Assembly: GCF_036321535.1 (NCBI RefSeq)
Contig: NC_087437.1
Coordinates: 17,982,001 to 18,046,000 of the forward strand
From: Camelus dromedarius
Taxonomy: Eukaryota
Reading direction: 5' to 3'
DNA length: 64,000 nucleotides
Part shown: positions 13,517-25,400 of the stretch, piece after piece
Layout of the letters: every line of letters starts with the position of its first letter
Numbering within the stretch: position 1 is the first letter of the stretch
Notes under the pieces: generated by a model
What the model was told of the DNA's origin: nothing
The model's database searches: none
The model's input: only the letters and a program-made list of their open reading frames with translations
Program-made: the position numbers and the translations under genes

Positions 13517-13900
13517 TCATTCACTTATTCATCCACATTTATTAAGTACCTACTCTGAACCAGCCACTGTGCAGATTCTGGAAGCCCGAGGTTAGCAAGG
13601 CATGTTCCTGTTCTCAAGGAGCTTGCAGTATAGCGGACAAGACGACAAGTAAAACCGGTGGTTACAATCCCCGGTGACTTGAGCTACAGCAGAGGAAGAG
13701 GGAGATTCTCTAGGAACACACAGGGGCAGCACCTTGGCCAGGCCAGTCAGAGTCAGGGCAGGGAGCGGGACTCAGAAGAAACTCTTGGAGGAAACATCTA
13801 AGCTGAGAACAGAAGGAAGTGCAGATGTTGGTCAGGTGAAGAGTGTCCTGGAAAAAAAATCAGTACATTCCAGGGACTAGGCACAGGAGTGTACAGGCCA
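13517..13900 (-). mobile_element. L2 3' end
   Basis: cattcacttattcatccacatttattaagtacctact...ctcaaggagcttgcagt. Confidence 0.75.
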
Positions 13901-14564
13901 AATTCATGAGCTTGCATGACAAAGTCAGATTTTCTCATAGGCTCTGATGCTCTGATTTAATTTCTTCCCTTCATCTCATTCCTCTCTTTCATTTCATAGT
14001 GTGCTTAATCCACAGGGCAAGTTTGCTTTTTCCCGATTGCTCCCAAATTCAATTCCTTTCCCCACTGTCTCCGAGTCGCCCATCTCATGATCCCTCTAGT
14101 GCCTCAACTGCCTTCATTTTTTTTAATCCCTAAGATCTCACTGTTGACATAGACTCCTGGCCCTCTCTTCCCCATAATCTTTACCAGCTGATCCCAGAAA
14201 TCTTCCCCAGCACATATACACACAAATATTTGTGCATGTGCCTGATCCCACCCCCCAGAGAGAGCACACAGTGTGCTGTAGTTCTCATAGATATTGTTAG
14301 TTCAATCAGCAATTTACTGAGTGCCCACCACACCCCAGGCACTCACTGACCCAGGCACAGAACACAGTCATAGCTCTTTTGGTGTATACATCTATTTGAG
14401 GAGCACACAATCAGGGAAGAAATAAATCTATATGCCAGAAAGTGAGAGATTACACATACCTGTACACTTTAGTACATACATGAGATCAGACCATACATGA
14501 TTCTGTAACTTGCTCTTTTTCACTCTGCTGTATATCAAGGGTGCCTTTCCTCATCAATACACAT

Positions 14565-14674
14565 TGATCTACATGATCTTTTTTGATCTCCAGGGCGACC
14601 TTGAGCAGCATGCTGCGGCTGATCTACATGATCTTTTTTGATCTCCAGGGCGACCTTGAGCAGCGTGCTGCGGC
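14565..14674. repeat. Tandem duplication, 2 x 55 bp, one mismatch
   Basis: Copies at 14565-14619 and 14620-14674 differ only at A14610/G14665. Confidence 0.97.
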
Positions 14675-15544
14675 AGCCTTTTCCTCCCTTCACTGTGCCC
14701 CTTTCTGTCAGAAGGCTTAGCTTCCACACTACACATTGTTGCTTGGCTCCACTTTGAACCCACATGACATTGTGGGCCTATTCTAGAGCACATCCTGGTC
14801 TCTTCCATATCCTGGCTTGTTTGTCCCTGGTGGACGCACTTGGCAACGGGCAGTGTACCTCCATCCTCGGTTGGCAGGAATTACTTTCCAACCTCATCCC
14901 TAGCCCATAGCAATCAGGAGGACCATAATATCTTTAACTATCTTTTTAGCCACATCCAAGCAAGTCCACATTCATATTTCCACCCAGGGATCACAGAGTG
15001 TTTAGTCTGTTCTTGTTCTTTCGACGTGATGAGAACATCGCAATTTCCCTGAGTTAAACGGCGTCAATTAATTCCAACATCCACAAATAAGCTTCTTTTG
15101 TTTTCCCTAAGGAATCAATAATTAAAGTTTGCAACCTGGGGCCCTCCCTAGACTGCACTTCATACGACACATGCTCTAGGAGACGTTTACTTTGCTATCA
15201 GACTGAGCCAAGTCCCCATTAAAGGCTCTACCACCTCCCAGCTTGGTGACCTGGGGCCGGTTCCTCCATGGTTACTCTCCCACATAAGATCTACTTTCTG
15301 GCTACTCCAAACCACCAGCTTTCTGAACATGCCTTGTTGCCTCCCACCCCTTAGTCTTTACATGCTGCTGATCCATCTCTCTGAAATGATCACAATAATG
15401 GCCATTTTGTATTGTGCACCTGCTGTGTGCCAGTCTCTATATCAGCCACTTTATAAACATCACACTCAATCCTCTGAAAAACCCTTAAGACAGAATAATT
15501 GCATATTTCTTGGAATTCAGGAATGAATCCATTTTCTCCCCTCA

Positions 15545-16048
15545 TTTTATACTTGTATTAAGGTACATTTACAACCCATAACATTCGTTCATTTTTTAAA
15601 AGTGAGCAATCTAATGACTTTGAGTAAATTTGCAGAGTTCAGCAATCATCACTACAATACAATTTTAGAACATTTCCATCACTCCAATAAAAGATCCTTT
15701 GTGCCCATTTGCCATCACTCCCTATTCCCAGACTTCTCCCCAGGCAACCACTAATTTATTTCTATTTCGATAGATTTTTCTTTCTGGACACTTCATAAAT
15801 AAATTCCATAAATGGAATCATCCAGTATGTGGTCTTTTGTGTCTGAATTCTTTCAGTTAGTATAACGTTTTTGAGCTTCACCTCTCCTGGAGAATGTATC
15901 AGAACTCTATTCCTTATTAGTGCTGCATAGGATTCCATCTATGAACACACCACAGTTTATCTGTTCTCTGGCTAATAGACATTTTGGTTGTTTCCAGTCT
16001 TCGCTATTGTGAATAATGCTGCATGCGTGTCTTTCTGTGGACATATAA
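15545..16048 (-). mobile_element. L1MB-type 3' end
   Basis: ttttagaacatttccatcactcc...aatggaatcatccagtatgtggtcttttgtgtctg...ggttgtttccagt. Confidence 0.85.
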
Positions 16049-16049
16049 T

Positions 16050-16540
16050 TGTTTGAAATTACTCCTCTCATTACTACATTCCCCACCAATAAGATAACAC
16101 TTCCACATTCTTTGCCATGCAGTCTTGCAGTGTCTCCCTCTGTGAGCAGAGTATACTCCTTCCCCATTAATGGTGGACTTGGCCATATGAGTTATTTTGA
16201 TCAATGGACTGTCAACAGAAGTGATGGTACAACAGCTTCAAGAGGAGGTCATAAGTGACATGACATGTGTGCACTCATCCCTCTTGAGTGTCTGCTATCT
16301 GCCACGAGAGGAATCTGCCCCAGGTAGCTTCTGGTTCCTAAGTGAGAAGACATGTGGAAAAGATCTAAACCCAATCCACAGTCTCTGAAGATAAACCCAA
16401 CTGATCTCAGCTGAGCCCAGCATTGGCCCCACCAACTGTAGATCTGTGAGTTAGAAGACTATGTATTATCTGTTGTAAGCCACTGGCTTTGGGGATCAAC
16501 TTGTCACACAACATTGTTTCAGCAACAGCTGACTACTACA
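16050..16540 (+). mobile_element. MLT1 (MaLR) solo LTR
   Basis: ggacttggccatatgag...tgttgtaagccactg...agctgactactaca terminus. Confidence 0.8.
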
Positions 16541-18334
16541 CCTAACTCTCTTCCCAATCCCTGCTCCAAACTGCCTACAGTTACATAACCTATACTATAT
16601 ACTATATATGATATGAGATAGGAGTTCACATATACTTTATTAAATAATTCTATTATTCCATCTATGTGGTACTTCCCATGACAAGCATGAAATTCCAGGG
16701 GACTATCTTTTACACTGGAACCATTAACATAGCTCCCTGTATGTGGTAAGCACGCAGAGACGTTTCTTCAAACGTTTTTGGTATATACGGCTTTTTCCTG
16801 GCACCAAGAAAATCATCTCCAACAAATACTGAGCATTATCTTATAAATAAAATTCATTCTCATTTTAATTTTCTCTCCTCTACCTTTTATCCCCCATAGT
16901 CTACTTTCCTTTATCATTTTAATCATCTCTTTTACATCCATTTTCTCTGGATCCTCACAATAACCCTATTTGATTCCCAAATTATAGATCATGATGAGAG
17001 CGAGTGACCTTCCCGAGGTCAAGCAGTGAGTAAGGAGACCTAGGAGGTTTGACGTAGGTCTGACCATAGGCCCAGGACACTGCCCATCACTAGGTGCCTC
17101 TGGTCATTTCTCACCTGAGTCTTTACTATGCATGTGTTTTGGCTTTTCTGATCTCCCAGGAAGTCCCCCTGTCAGTGAGATCACAAACTATTACTCTTCC
17201 CGTTTCCTATCTGATAAACTCTGACTTTGTTTCTATATTAGTAGGCAGCCAACTTTCTGAATCTTCTGCTATATGACACTCAAAGACTGATGCTGGCACA
17301 TTTTCTGTTTTCCATACCCTTGCTTTAAATACATGGTTCTTTTCTTATATGGAACCTGGTGCTCTTTCTGTTTTTTATTTTCAGATGTTTTTCATGTGCA
17401 GTATAGTCTCTAAGACTTACCTACTTGACCAAATTATTCTATTTTCCGCTGCTTCTACAAACTGTTTTTAGTAACCTCATCTACGCATCCATCAATTTCT
17501 ACTTTATGGATATTTCTCTTCTTTGATGCTTCTTTGTGTATAAGGTTTGCGGGTAATTTTTAGGTCTTCAGCCTTTGTCTTTTCCTTTTCCTTTTCCCTG
17601 ACATTTCCTTTTTAAAGACTAACACTCATAACATTTTGTTTCCCTGTGTATGAATTATTTCAACAAAATAACACTCGATTCTATATATGCTGTCTTTTGG
17701 TTTTTTGTTCAGGAATTCAAGGGGTACACAACTCTTGAAATCAGTTTAAATTGATAAAATCTGGGTCAGTAGAGAGAGGATAATAAAGTCACTTTTACCC
17801 TCCAATTATAGCTCTCTTCAAAATGAAATAGAAATTCTACATTGAACGTTAAGTGTCAAAGAAGCCAGGAAGATGGCAAAAGATAGTTAAGAAGCACTCT
17901 TGAACATTTCAAAAGCTGTCTTAGCACAGGAATAATAAAAAGAAAAGTTAGTCAGTTGATTTGACAATACCTAAGACAACAGTCAATACTAATTTCTACT
18001 GACCTATCTGCAGCTTTTATTCATCCATCCATTCAACATATATTTATTGATACCCTACTATGTATTAGCAGTTGTCAAAGTACCTAATCTATAAATTAGA
18101 TTCATTAATTTATTCAATAAATATCCAATGAACTAGACTGAATTTCTTATGCAGTGAGAATGGAGATGTATACTATAATGAAGATAGTATGGTCTCTTGA
18201 GCTCACAATCTGGAGGATTAAGAGGCTTAACATTTATTGGAGAATGTATTAGGTACTGGAAAATTTTAACCTAATCTCCCACTTAGTTCTAATAGCTCAT
18301 ACTTTAAAGATAAGAAAAGTGGAGATGTAAGCCA

Positions 18335-18620
18335 CTTAGGAGTACACTGAGTGACATAGCAGCAAACTGAATCAACAATGGCTTAAATAAATAGAAATGT
18401 ATTTTTCTCACATAACAAGAAGGTAGGTGAATTGCTAGAGATGACACAATAGGATAAAAATATCAAAATCTACATTTCTGTGGTTCTTTTTTTCTTTCTT
18501 TTCCTCTTATAGCCTCATGGTCACAAGATGCCTGCTGCAGCTCCATATGTCACATACACATTCAAGACATGAATGAGATGAAAAGCAGGAGAATAGTGCT
18601 ATGTATTTCTGTCTTTATTA
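18335..18620 (-). mobile_element. MLT1 (MaLR) LTR fragment
   Basis: aatggcttaaataaatag...ctcatggtcacaagatgcctgctgcagctcca. Confidence 0.7.
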
Positions 18621-18694
18621 ATAGTAGAGGAAAAGCAGATTTAACATCATACTAAATGCTTTCTATGCATTATCTCATTTCACTGTCTTCTTTT

Positions 18695-19185
18695 GGGGAT
18701 ACATCTTTTAAAAGTACTTTTGGGGAGGATCTGCGGTAGTAAAATTTTGTAGTCTTTATTGTCTGAAAGTTTACTTATTTAACACACATATTTGAGCTGG
18801 GTATAAAAATAAGTTCAAAATTGTTTTCCACGGGGTTTCGAAGCTATTTCTCCATTGTCTTCTTGAATTATATGTTGTTAGAGTGAAGTCTGGTGTTACT
18901 CACATTATTACTCCATTATAGTTTGTATGCCTTTTGTAATTATTATATTTTAAATTTTTTTTGTTTTTTCTTCATGTCTGAAGTCTCATGTCTCTTAGTA
19001 TGGGTTATTTTTATTTATCCTGTTATCTATAAATCTGAAAACTGTAACCATCTCAGGTGTTGGAAATTTTTCGGTCATTATTTTTTCAAATATTGCATCA
19101 TTTTCTCTTCCTGAAACTCTTATCAGAATATTTTGGTTTCTTGATCTATTTCCATTTTTCTTTACTTTTTTCTGATACTTTTTGT
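18695..19185 (-). mobile_element. Ancient L1M fragment
   Basis: Antisense ORF1-region text (ttgtctgaaagt, ttgagctgggtataaaaat, ttggaaatttttcggtcattatttt). Confidence 0.6.
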
Positions 19186-19689
19186 CAAAGAGTAAGCAGA
19201 GACATTTAATTTAGTTAAAAGCACAGCTGACATTTACTTGACTAAGAGAAAGACCAAACATATGTACATTGATTACTAGAGAAAAAAGGTGAGATAGGGT
19301 TTATAAAAGAAAAAATAACCACATTTTATGGAAAAGTGACACTTATTTTTATGTCCTTGATAGATGTTTGGCTAAAACTGTGTGCCCTGGAGCACACTGA
19401 CTTTGTCGTCAGGGAGACAGCTCAAGTTCCTTATGGATTTTTCACAAAAAAATTGTGATCTCACCCATGGAATGTCTGTGGGATGCTCATCTCTGGGCAG
19501 TGGCTGCAGCTGGCCTTCTGTTGGCTTCTCCACTTCAGTAAACCTGAGACTACACCATTTGCCTCATTGTTATTTTTTATTTTTAGCCTCTTGTTCTCCT
19601 TATATAACATTCTGGAATTCCTCAGCTCAACTTTTTGGCTCACTGATTCACTCATCAGCTGGTTCAAAGTGCTAGTCAAATTGAGGATT

Positions 19690-20088
19690 CTTTGTTCAGT
19701 AGCTATAAGCAGATAGATTAGATAGAGTCAAGCGACTGGCCAACTGGTGTTTGTTATCAGCTAGGAGCTCAGTCTGCACTGATAGTCAGGGGCTTTGGTT
19801 TCTCTTCATGTGGGCCTCAACAGTGGGGTGCGGGAGCTTCCTCGTGGAGTGGCTCAGTTCCAAGAGCAAGTGTCCTGAGACATCCAGGTGGAAGCTCTTT
19901 TACCTTTTATGATTTAGCCTTGGAGGTACCATAACCACTTCTGCCATAGCCATAAACCTGCCCACATTTAAGGGATGAAAACACAGATTCCATCTCTCAG
20001 TGAGAAGTGTGTCAAAGTCATGTTATAAGAAGACAATTTGGAATGGGAGTTGTTGTTATGACCAATTAAGAAAATACAATCTGTCACA
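19690..20088 (-). mobile_element. MLT1 (MaLR) LTR
   Basis: catgtgggcctc...ttttatgatttagccttggag...aaaatacaatctgtcaca. Confidence 0.8.
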
Positions 20089-23000
20089 TGTCTCTCCTTT
20101 TTGATGGTGACCTTCCTGAGTTACAGGTCAGTTTTGCTATAGGTCACTTATATAGCTTGTCTCCTCTTGGTAGGGCAGTCTCATGACAGCGGCAGCTTCA
20201 GACTCATAGAGAAGATGCTACAAAAGCCAGAAGGACACCTGAGCCCTTAGCAGCAGTGTTGTAACCTCTGCTTACTGATCCAGTTCCTGTTCTGTTTTTT
20301 CTATTATGACTCTCTGTTTCCAGGATTCACAGAGTCCCCTTTGTTGTTTTATGGCTTGGCTCTGTGTTTCTTTTATCATTTTGGTGATTGGGTGTATGAG
20401 TGGAAGATTTTAGCATCTCCTCAACCCATAATATTGAACATACTTTTCTCAGGTTGGAACTTTTATTGTCCACATTTTACAGCTAAAGAATGTGAGGGTC
20501 AGAAAGGTTAAGTGCCTTTCCTAAGCTTGAGAGATTGCAAAGAGTTTGACTCCAAAGTTACTGGGCTCTACCCTCTCGCTCTTAAAAGTTCTTGTTCACA
20601 TCCAAAATATTACTATAGAAAAACGAGACACAGTTCACCAATCATACATATAAATCAGTCCAATTCTCTTGTAATCAAACCTCGTATATGATATGTTTTA
20701 GTATCATCAGCAGATATGGCTTATGAAACTTTGATGGTTTGAATCCAGCAGCGTCTCATCCTATGATTTCAAAAGATCTATCTCACCATTTTAGATAACA
20801 AATTCTTTACCAGGAAAAATATACATGACTTTATAACTTGTAAGTGGCACTTATTAGGTAGCAGAATCATAGGTAACTTTTAATATAATATTTTACAATG
20901 TTGTGCTTAAGTTAGAAACAATAATTTTTTTAAACTCTCCTTTTAATAAGATTTCTAGTGACTCGTAGGTGCTGGCTTCCTTCCCTCAAGCCTGTGAGCA
21001 TGGATCTGCTCAAGATCAGAAACTGGAACCAACCCTCAAGGAGTTGGACCATCATGACTGCCCTAAAATCGGCATCATTATTATTTGGGGGAAACTAACT
21101 TACTTAAAACATGCGCTTAAATACAAATTATATATCACTTCACACTGAACATCTTCATTGGACTCTGCTTCACTTTCATATCCTCTAAGTCATTTCTATT
21201 CCTCTTTCTCGCCCATTCTCACCATCTTTCACCTCAACATGAACATCTGGACTAAGTTCTCAACGTGCTGCTGAGCAGTGGTTCCCACGCAAGGAGCCGT
21301 GTAACTGCAAACAAAGCATAGGAAAAATACCACACACAAGAAAACTTAGAGCCACGGGACTAACATGAGAGTTAAGAACTTCTCATTTTGTCAAATATCT
21401 GAAAACTTGAAAAAAAAAAAAAAAACCAGCTACTACCAGTATCATTTCCTACCCAAGGACATGTACACTTTTAAAGATTAGGAAAAGCATAATCCTATAC
21501 TTTAAATTTTACATATGAAAAACTCACTATGTAACTCTTTTTGTTTCTTAGTTCCCTTATCTCCCCACAAGAGAAAAACTGGCTTGTGGTTTGGGAACTA
21601 GTGCGCTAGGTAACATGAATAATCGTTTCTCCTCTTAATCTTACTCCACTGTGATGTCAGCCTCAGCTGTGACTGGACATTAGCTGGCATATCATTGTTT
21701 ATCACTGTCCCTTTTCCTCTGCCTCCTAGAGGGTGACTTCCTGGTACGTGGGTCTGCTGAGCACACCGACAGTGACTGACGGCAAGACAGCTTTTGCTCC
21801 CTCCCCAGTAACCCACCACTTCCTCTACTCACCCATGAAACATGGGGAAGCCAGCCATGCAGTCAAAAGTAACTGTGCAAAATTCTGCCTGCCTAGAATT
21901 CAGTAACTCCATATCCTTTTGTGACGTGGGCAGATATATTGTGGAACCGATAATCTCATTCATTCCAAAGGCCTCTTGGTGAGGTTTTGGGCATCTACAG
22001 GCTTTACTTGTGTTTCTCAGTCACGTGGGTAAAGTTTTCACCACTTCCCACAGCATATCCAAAGTCTTCTCACACACTGGGGCATAAGAATCTCTGGCAA
22101 TCTAGACGGAAGGTTTTCTTTAACCCTCAATGTGCAGAAGACAATAGTCAAAGAAGAAGAGTCTCATCAGAAGCATTCACTCCTGCTGGCATGCCAGGCA
22201 GGGGAGACCACAGATCGATTTCCAATTGTAGGATGCTATTGGAGAAAGCATACTGGCCAGACTCAGACGGAGTGTTGACTTTTTTTTTTAAATCTACAAG
22301 TATTTATTGATCATCTACTATGTACAGGTTCTAGGTGAGGCCAGAGAGAAATAAGACTCAGTCAATAAGCCATCAAAAGATTACAGTCATTTGCAGCAAC
22401 ATACGAAGTGAAGTAAGTCAGACAGAGAAAGACAAATACCATACGATGTCATCCACTCCCAAGGCAAACTGATCCCATTGTTAGTTATTATTCCAAAAAA
22501 AGAGATGTCAGGTCTAAACAGCACAGTAAGGGAAATGTGAGAGGACAGAGTAGGTTGACCATAATTCCATTTATGTGGGAACTTTACATTCTCAATAGGT
22601 AATCCAACATTTATGGTGGTGGGTGCCTCATTTTCACTGGATTCTACCATCAGATTCCATCAAGCTGGAGCAGTAGTCCCCAGAATATATCCCACTAAGT
22701 CCAGTCCACTGTAGAAAGAATTCCTTGGCCAAATAAATTCAGGAAAAGATTATACAACCTTCTTCTCTTAGAGAATCACAAAGCCCATTGGCACATCAAA
22801 GGCCACAGAAAACTTGCAGTCAAGAAAACATCTACTTTTACCCCAAAGTTTCCCCCAAAGAATTAGACTTCAAGATACATTTCTTATTAATATCTGATTG
22901 AACTGACGTCCACACACCTGGACAAAGAATCTGAGTTGCCATTTTCACCCAACCTGGAGATGGTCTTAGTTCTGCTGGTCTGGCCACATGGTGACAATAG

Positions 23001-23759
23001 AGAAAAATTTCCTCCAGGTAAAGCTGGAAGGTCTCAATAAAGTCTTAAGAGGTATCAGATTTTTGGTTTTCAGATGCTGCAGTTTCACTCATCAACTGGA
23101 TTGGTAGCATGTGGCCCATAGCATCCATCACAGGGCATCTTGTATATGATGTGACTACTCTTGGACTCGGACAGCAGGGGTGTGAACTCTATACTGTGGA
23201 GCTCGTGCACCACCAACCATGATGCTTTGCACATATTAGGTCTCAGAACAAATTTGCTGAATAGGGTATCATTGACTTGAATTTTCTACCGTGAACAGGT
23301 CACTCATCATCTGTGGGGCTAGTTTTCCACTAAGCAATTACAAAGGTTCCCTCTTACCTTTCCCATAAAAGCTCGTTAAATTCAACAGCCAATTACTGAA
23401 TGATCATCAAGAGCCAACATCTGCCCTAGGCAAGGTCCACTCTGCTTAAGCCCTCGCCCTCCCATTGGCAAAGATAGCCTGGCAGTGTCCTTGCTAATTC
23501 CTCCTTGTTTCTTCATCCTGAGTACTCTCCCAGCCCATGGAGGAGCAGAAAGGGAGAAGAAGCAAACAAGAACCAAAAAAGAAAGGTAGCATTGGGTTGA
23601 AAAATATTCTAGGACAGCTGTTCCCGATGCTTTAGAGAATACAGACCCCTTTCAAACATCCAGGTATTTCACAGACCTCGGCATGACTGAGGATATGCTT
23701 TGAGTACTTGTGATGGAGAAAACACAGAACAAAAAGTCACACCGAATTCAGTCACACTT

Positions 23760-24232
23760 TGGATGCTTTCAGTTGCAAGACACAGAAATCCAGACTCAAA
23801 CAGAACCAGGATCTTCCCATATTGCGACTCTGCATCTTCACTATGGGTTTCGCTACTAGGCTGGCAGCACAACGGCTGTGGCAATCCAGCTGTCAAGTTC
23901 AGACACACGTCAGACAGGTAAGGAAGTCCATCTCTTCCCATAGTTCTCTCCCAGAACAGAAAGTGTCCCCAGAAGCTTCTTGGAAAATTTTCTCTAAAGT
24001 TTTATTGGCTTAAATATATACACTTGCCCATTTCTGGACCACTAAGGAGCGGAGATTAGGATTAGACTGAAATATCAGGCTCCCTCTTGGAGCTGGGAGT
24101 GAGGTCAGCTTCCACAGAGTATTTGGCTACAAGGTAAAGGGGTGTGGATGCCAGAGGAGAAAATCAGGGTTCTGTTATGAAGAAGAAGGAAGGACTATGT
24201 GTCAGGCAAGCAAACAATAGTGCCTCCCACAT
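23760..24232 (-). mobile_element. MLT1 (MaLR) LTR
   Basis: ggatgctttcagttgcaagacacagaaatccagactcaaa...aaaatcagggttctgttatgaagaagaagg. Confidence 0.7.
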
Positions 24233-24334
24233 CCTTTTAAATGAATTTGTAGTTCACTAATATGCATTGGAAAAACAAGAGTGAATAAATGTGTATTGTA
24301 CCTTCATCTCCAAGCAAATGGATTTATGGACTCT

Positions 24335-25400
24335 GTGTTGTTACAATACTTTCAGCTGCAAATTCCATAATATTCAACCCAGTGATTTAAACAATTGGCG
24401 TTTACATTTCAACATAAATATCTGAGGTAGATCATTCCAGGTTTGGTTCAGGGGCTCACCCCTGGGAGGTCTCTGGGTCAGCTTCTCGCTGATTTGCTTG
24501 ACTTTCTCCTCATAGTCACAAAGCGGCTGCTGTTGCTTCACAGCCTTCATCCTCACAGGGACAGCAGGAAGGAAAGAAAAGAGAGGAGTGGGGAGCAAAA
24601 GGGAGGAGAAGAGGAAGATAAGGAGTGAGGGTATGTATTTCTCTTCAAGAGATTCTCTTAGTCTGTGCTTTTCTGACTGCAGAGCCTGAGACAAAGACTT
24701 TTGTGCAAGGAGTTGGTTAGGGAATATGATTCCTTCATAAAGAACAGGAGTTTAAGATGTGGGCAGTGACAGAGGAATGGTGAGAAAGCCAGTATAGGAT
24801 GCATTATTGATGTGGCCACCACTGTGGGAGATGTGCTCAATCTATTGGGACTTTCTGAGGACCCTTATGAAATGCATCTCATTGTCATCCACATGGGATA
24901 TGAAAGGAGAAAGAGTTTATCACCTCTGACCTCCCAGTGCTTGAGGCTGGTTGCACAAGCACTAAGTTCCCCCACACCTCCAGGTTATCCTTGCAGAAAA
25001 CAGGGTTTCTGTGGACTTTCAAGGTGGCAGCGTCAGAGAAGCCCCAGAACAGGAAATAAGAACTACAATGTCCGGGCCCCAGGCAGGCCCCGTCCAACTG
25101 CCCCTGCAGTCAGGCACTGGCTGGCACAAAGCTGGTCACCTCAGCAGAAAGGCTGAGAGGTCTTTGAAGTGGTGCCTCAGAGCCATCCAACGCAGTCCCT
25201 TTCTTGATTAGGGAGGAAAATCATTCATGAAGTTCTTAGCAGACACCCACTCTGTGATGTCTCACAGTCTCGCTGTCCACGACTGGGTGTCACGCTGTCC
25301 CATAAATGCAAAGGAGGCTATAAATGCATATTTCTGCCACTTTGGGCCTCTAGAATAAAAGCTGGACTTTGCCAGCAAGACCCAAGAAGGTGGGATATTT
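24335..25400 (-). mobile_element. MLT1 LTR split by a nested ERVL LTR
   Basis: MLT1 text at 24335-24650 resumes at about 25195-25400. Confidence 0.65.
24655..25192 (-). mobile_element. ERVL LTR (LTR33/LTR16-like)
   Basis: tcttagtctgtgc...gcagagcctgagacaaagacttttgtgcaagg...gaaagccagtataggatgcattattga resembles the antisense LTR33/LTR16 end. Confidence 0.65.

Noticed and set aside
14565..14674. CRISPR-like repeat
   Set aside because: Two abutting copies with no spacer, in mammalian DNA, with no cas genes.
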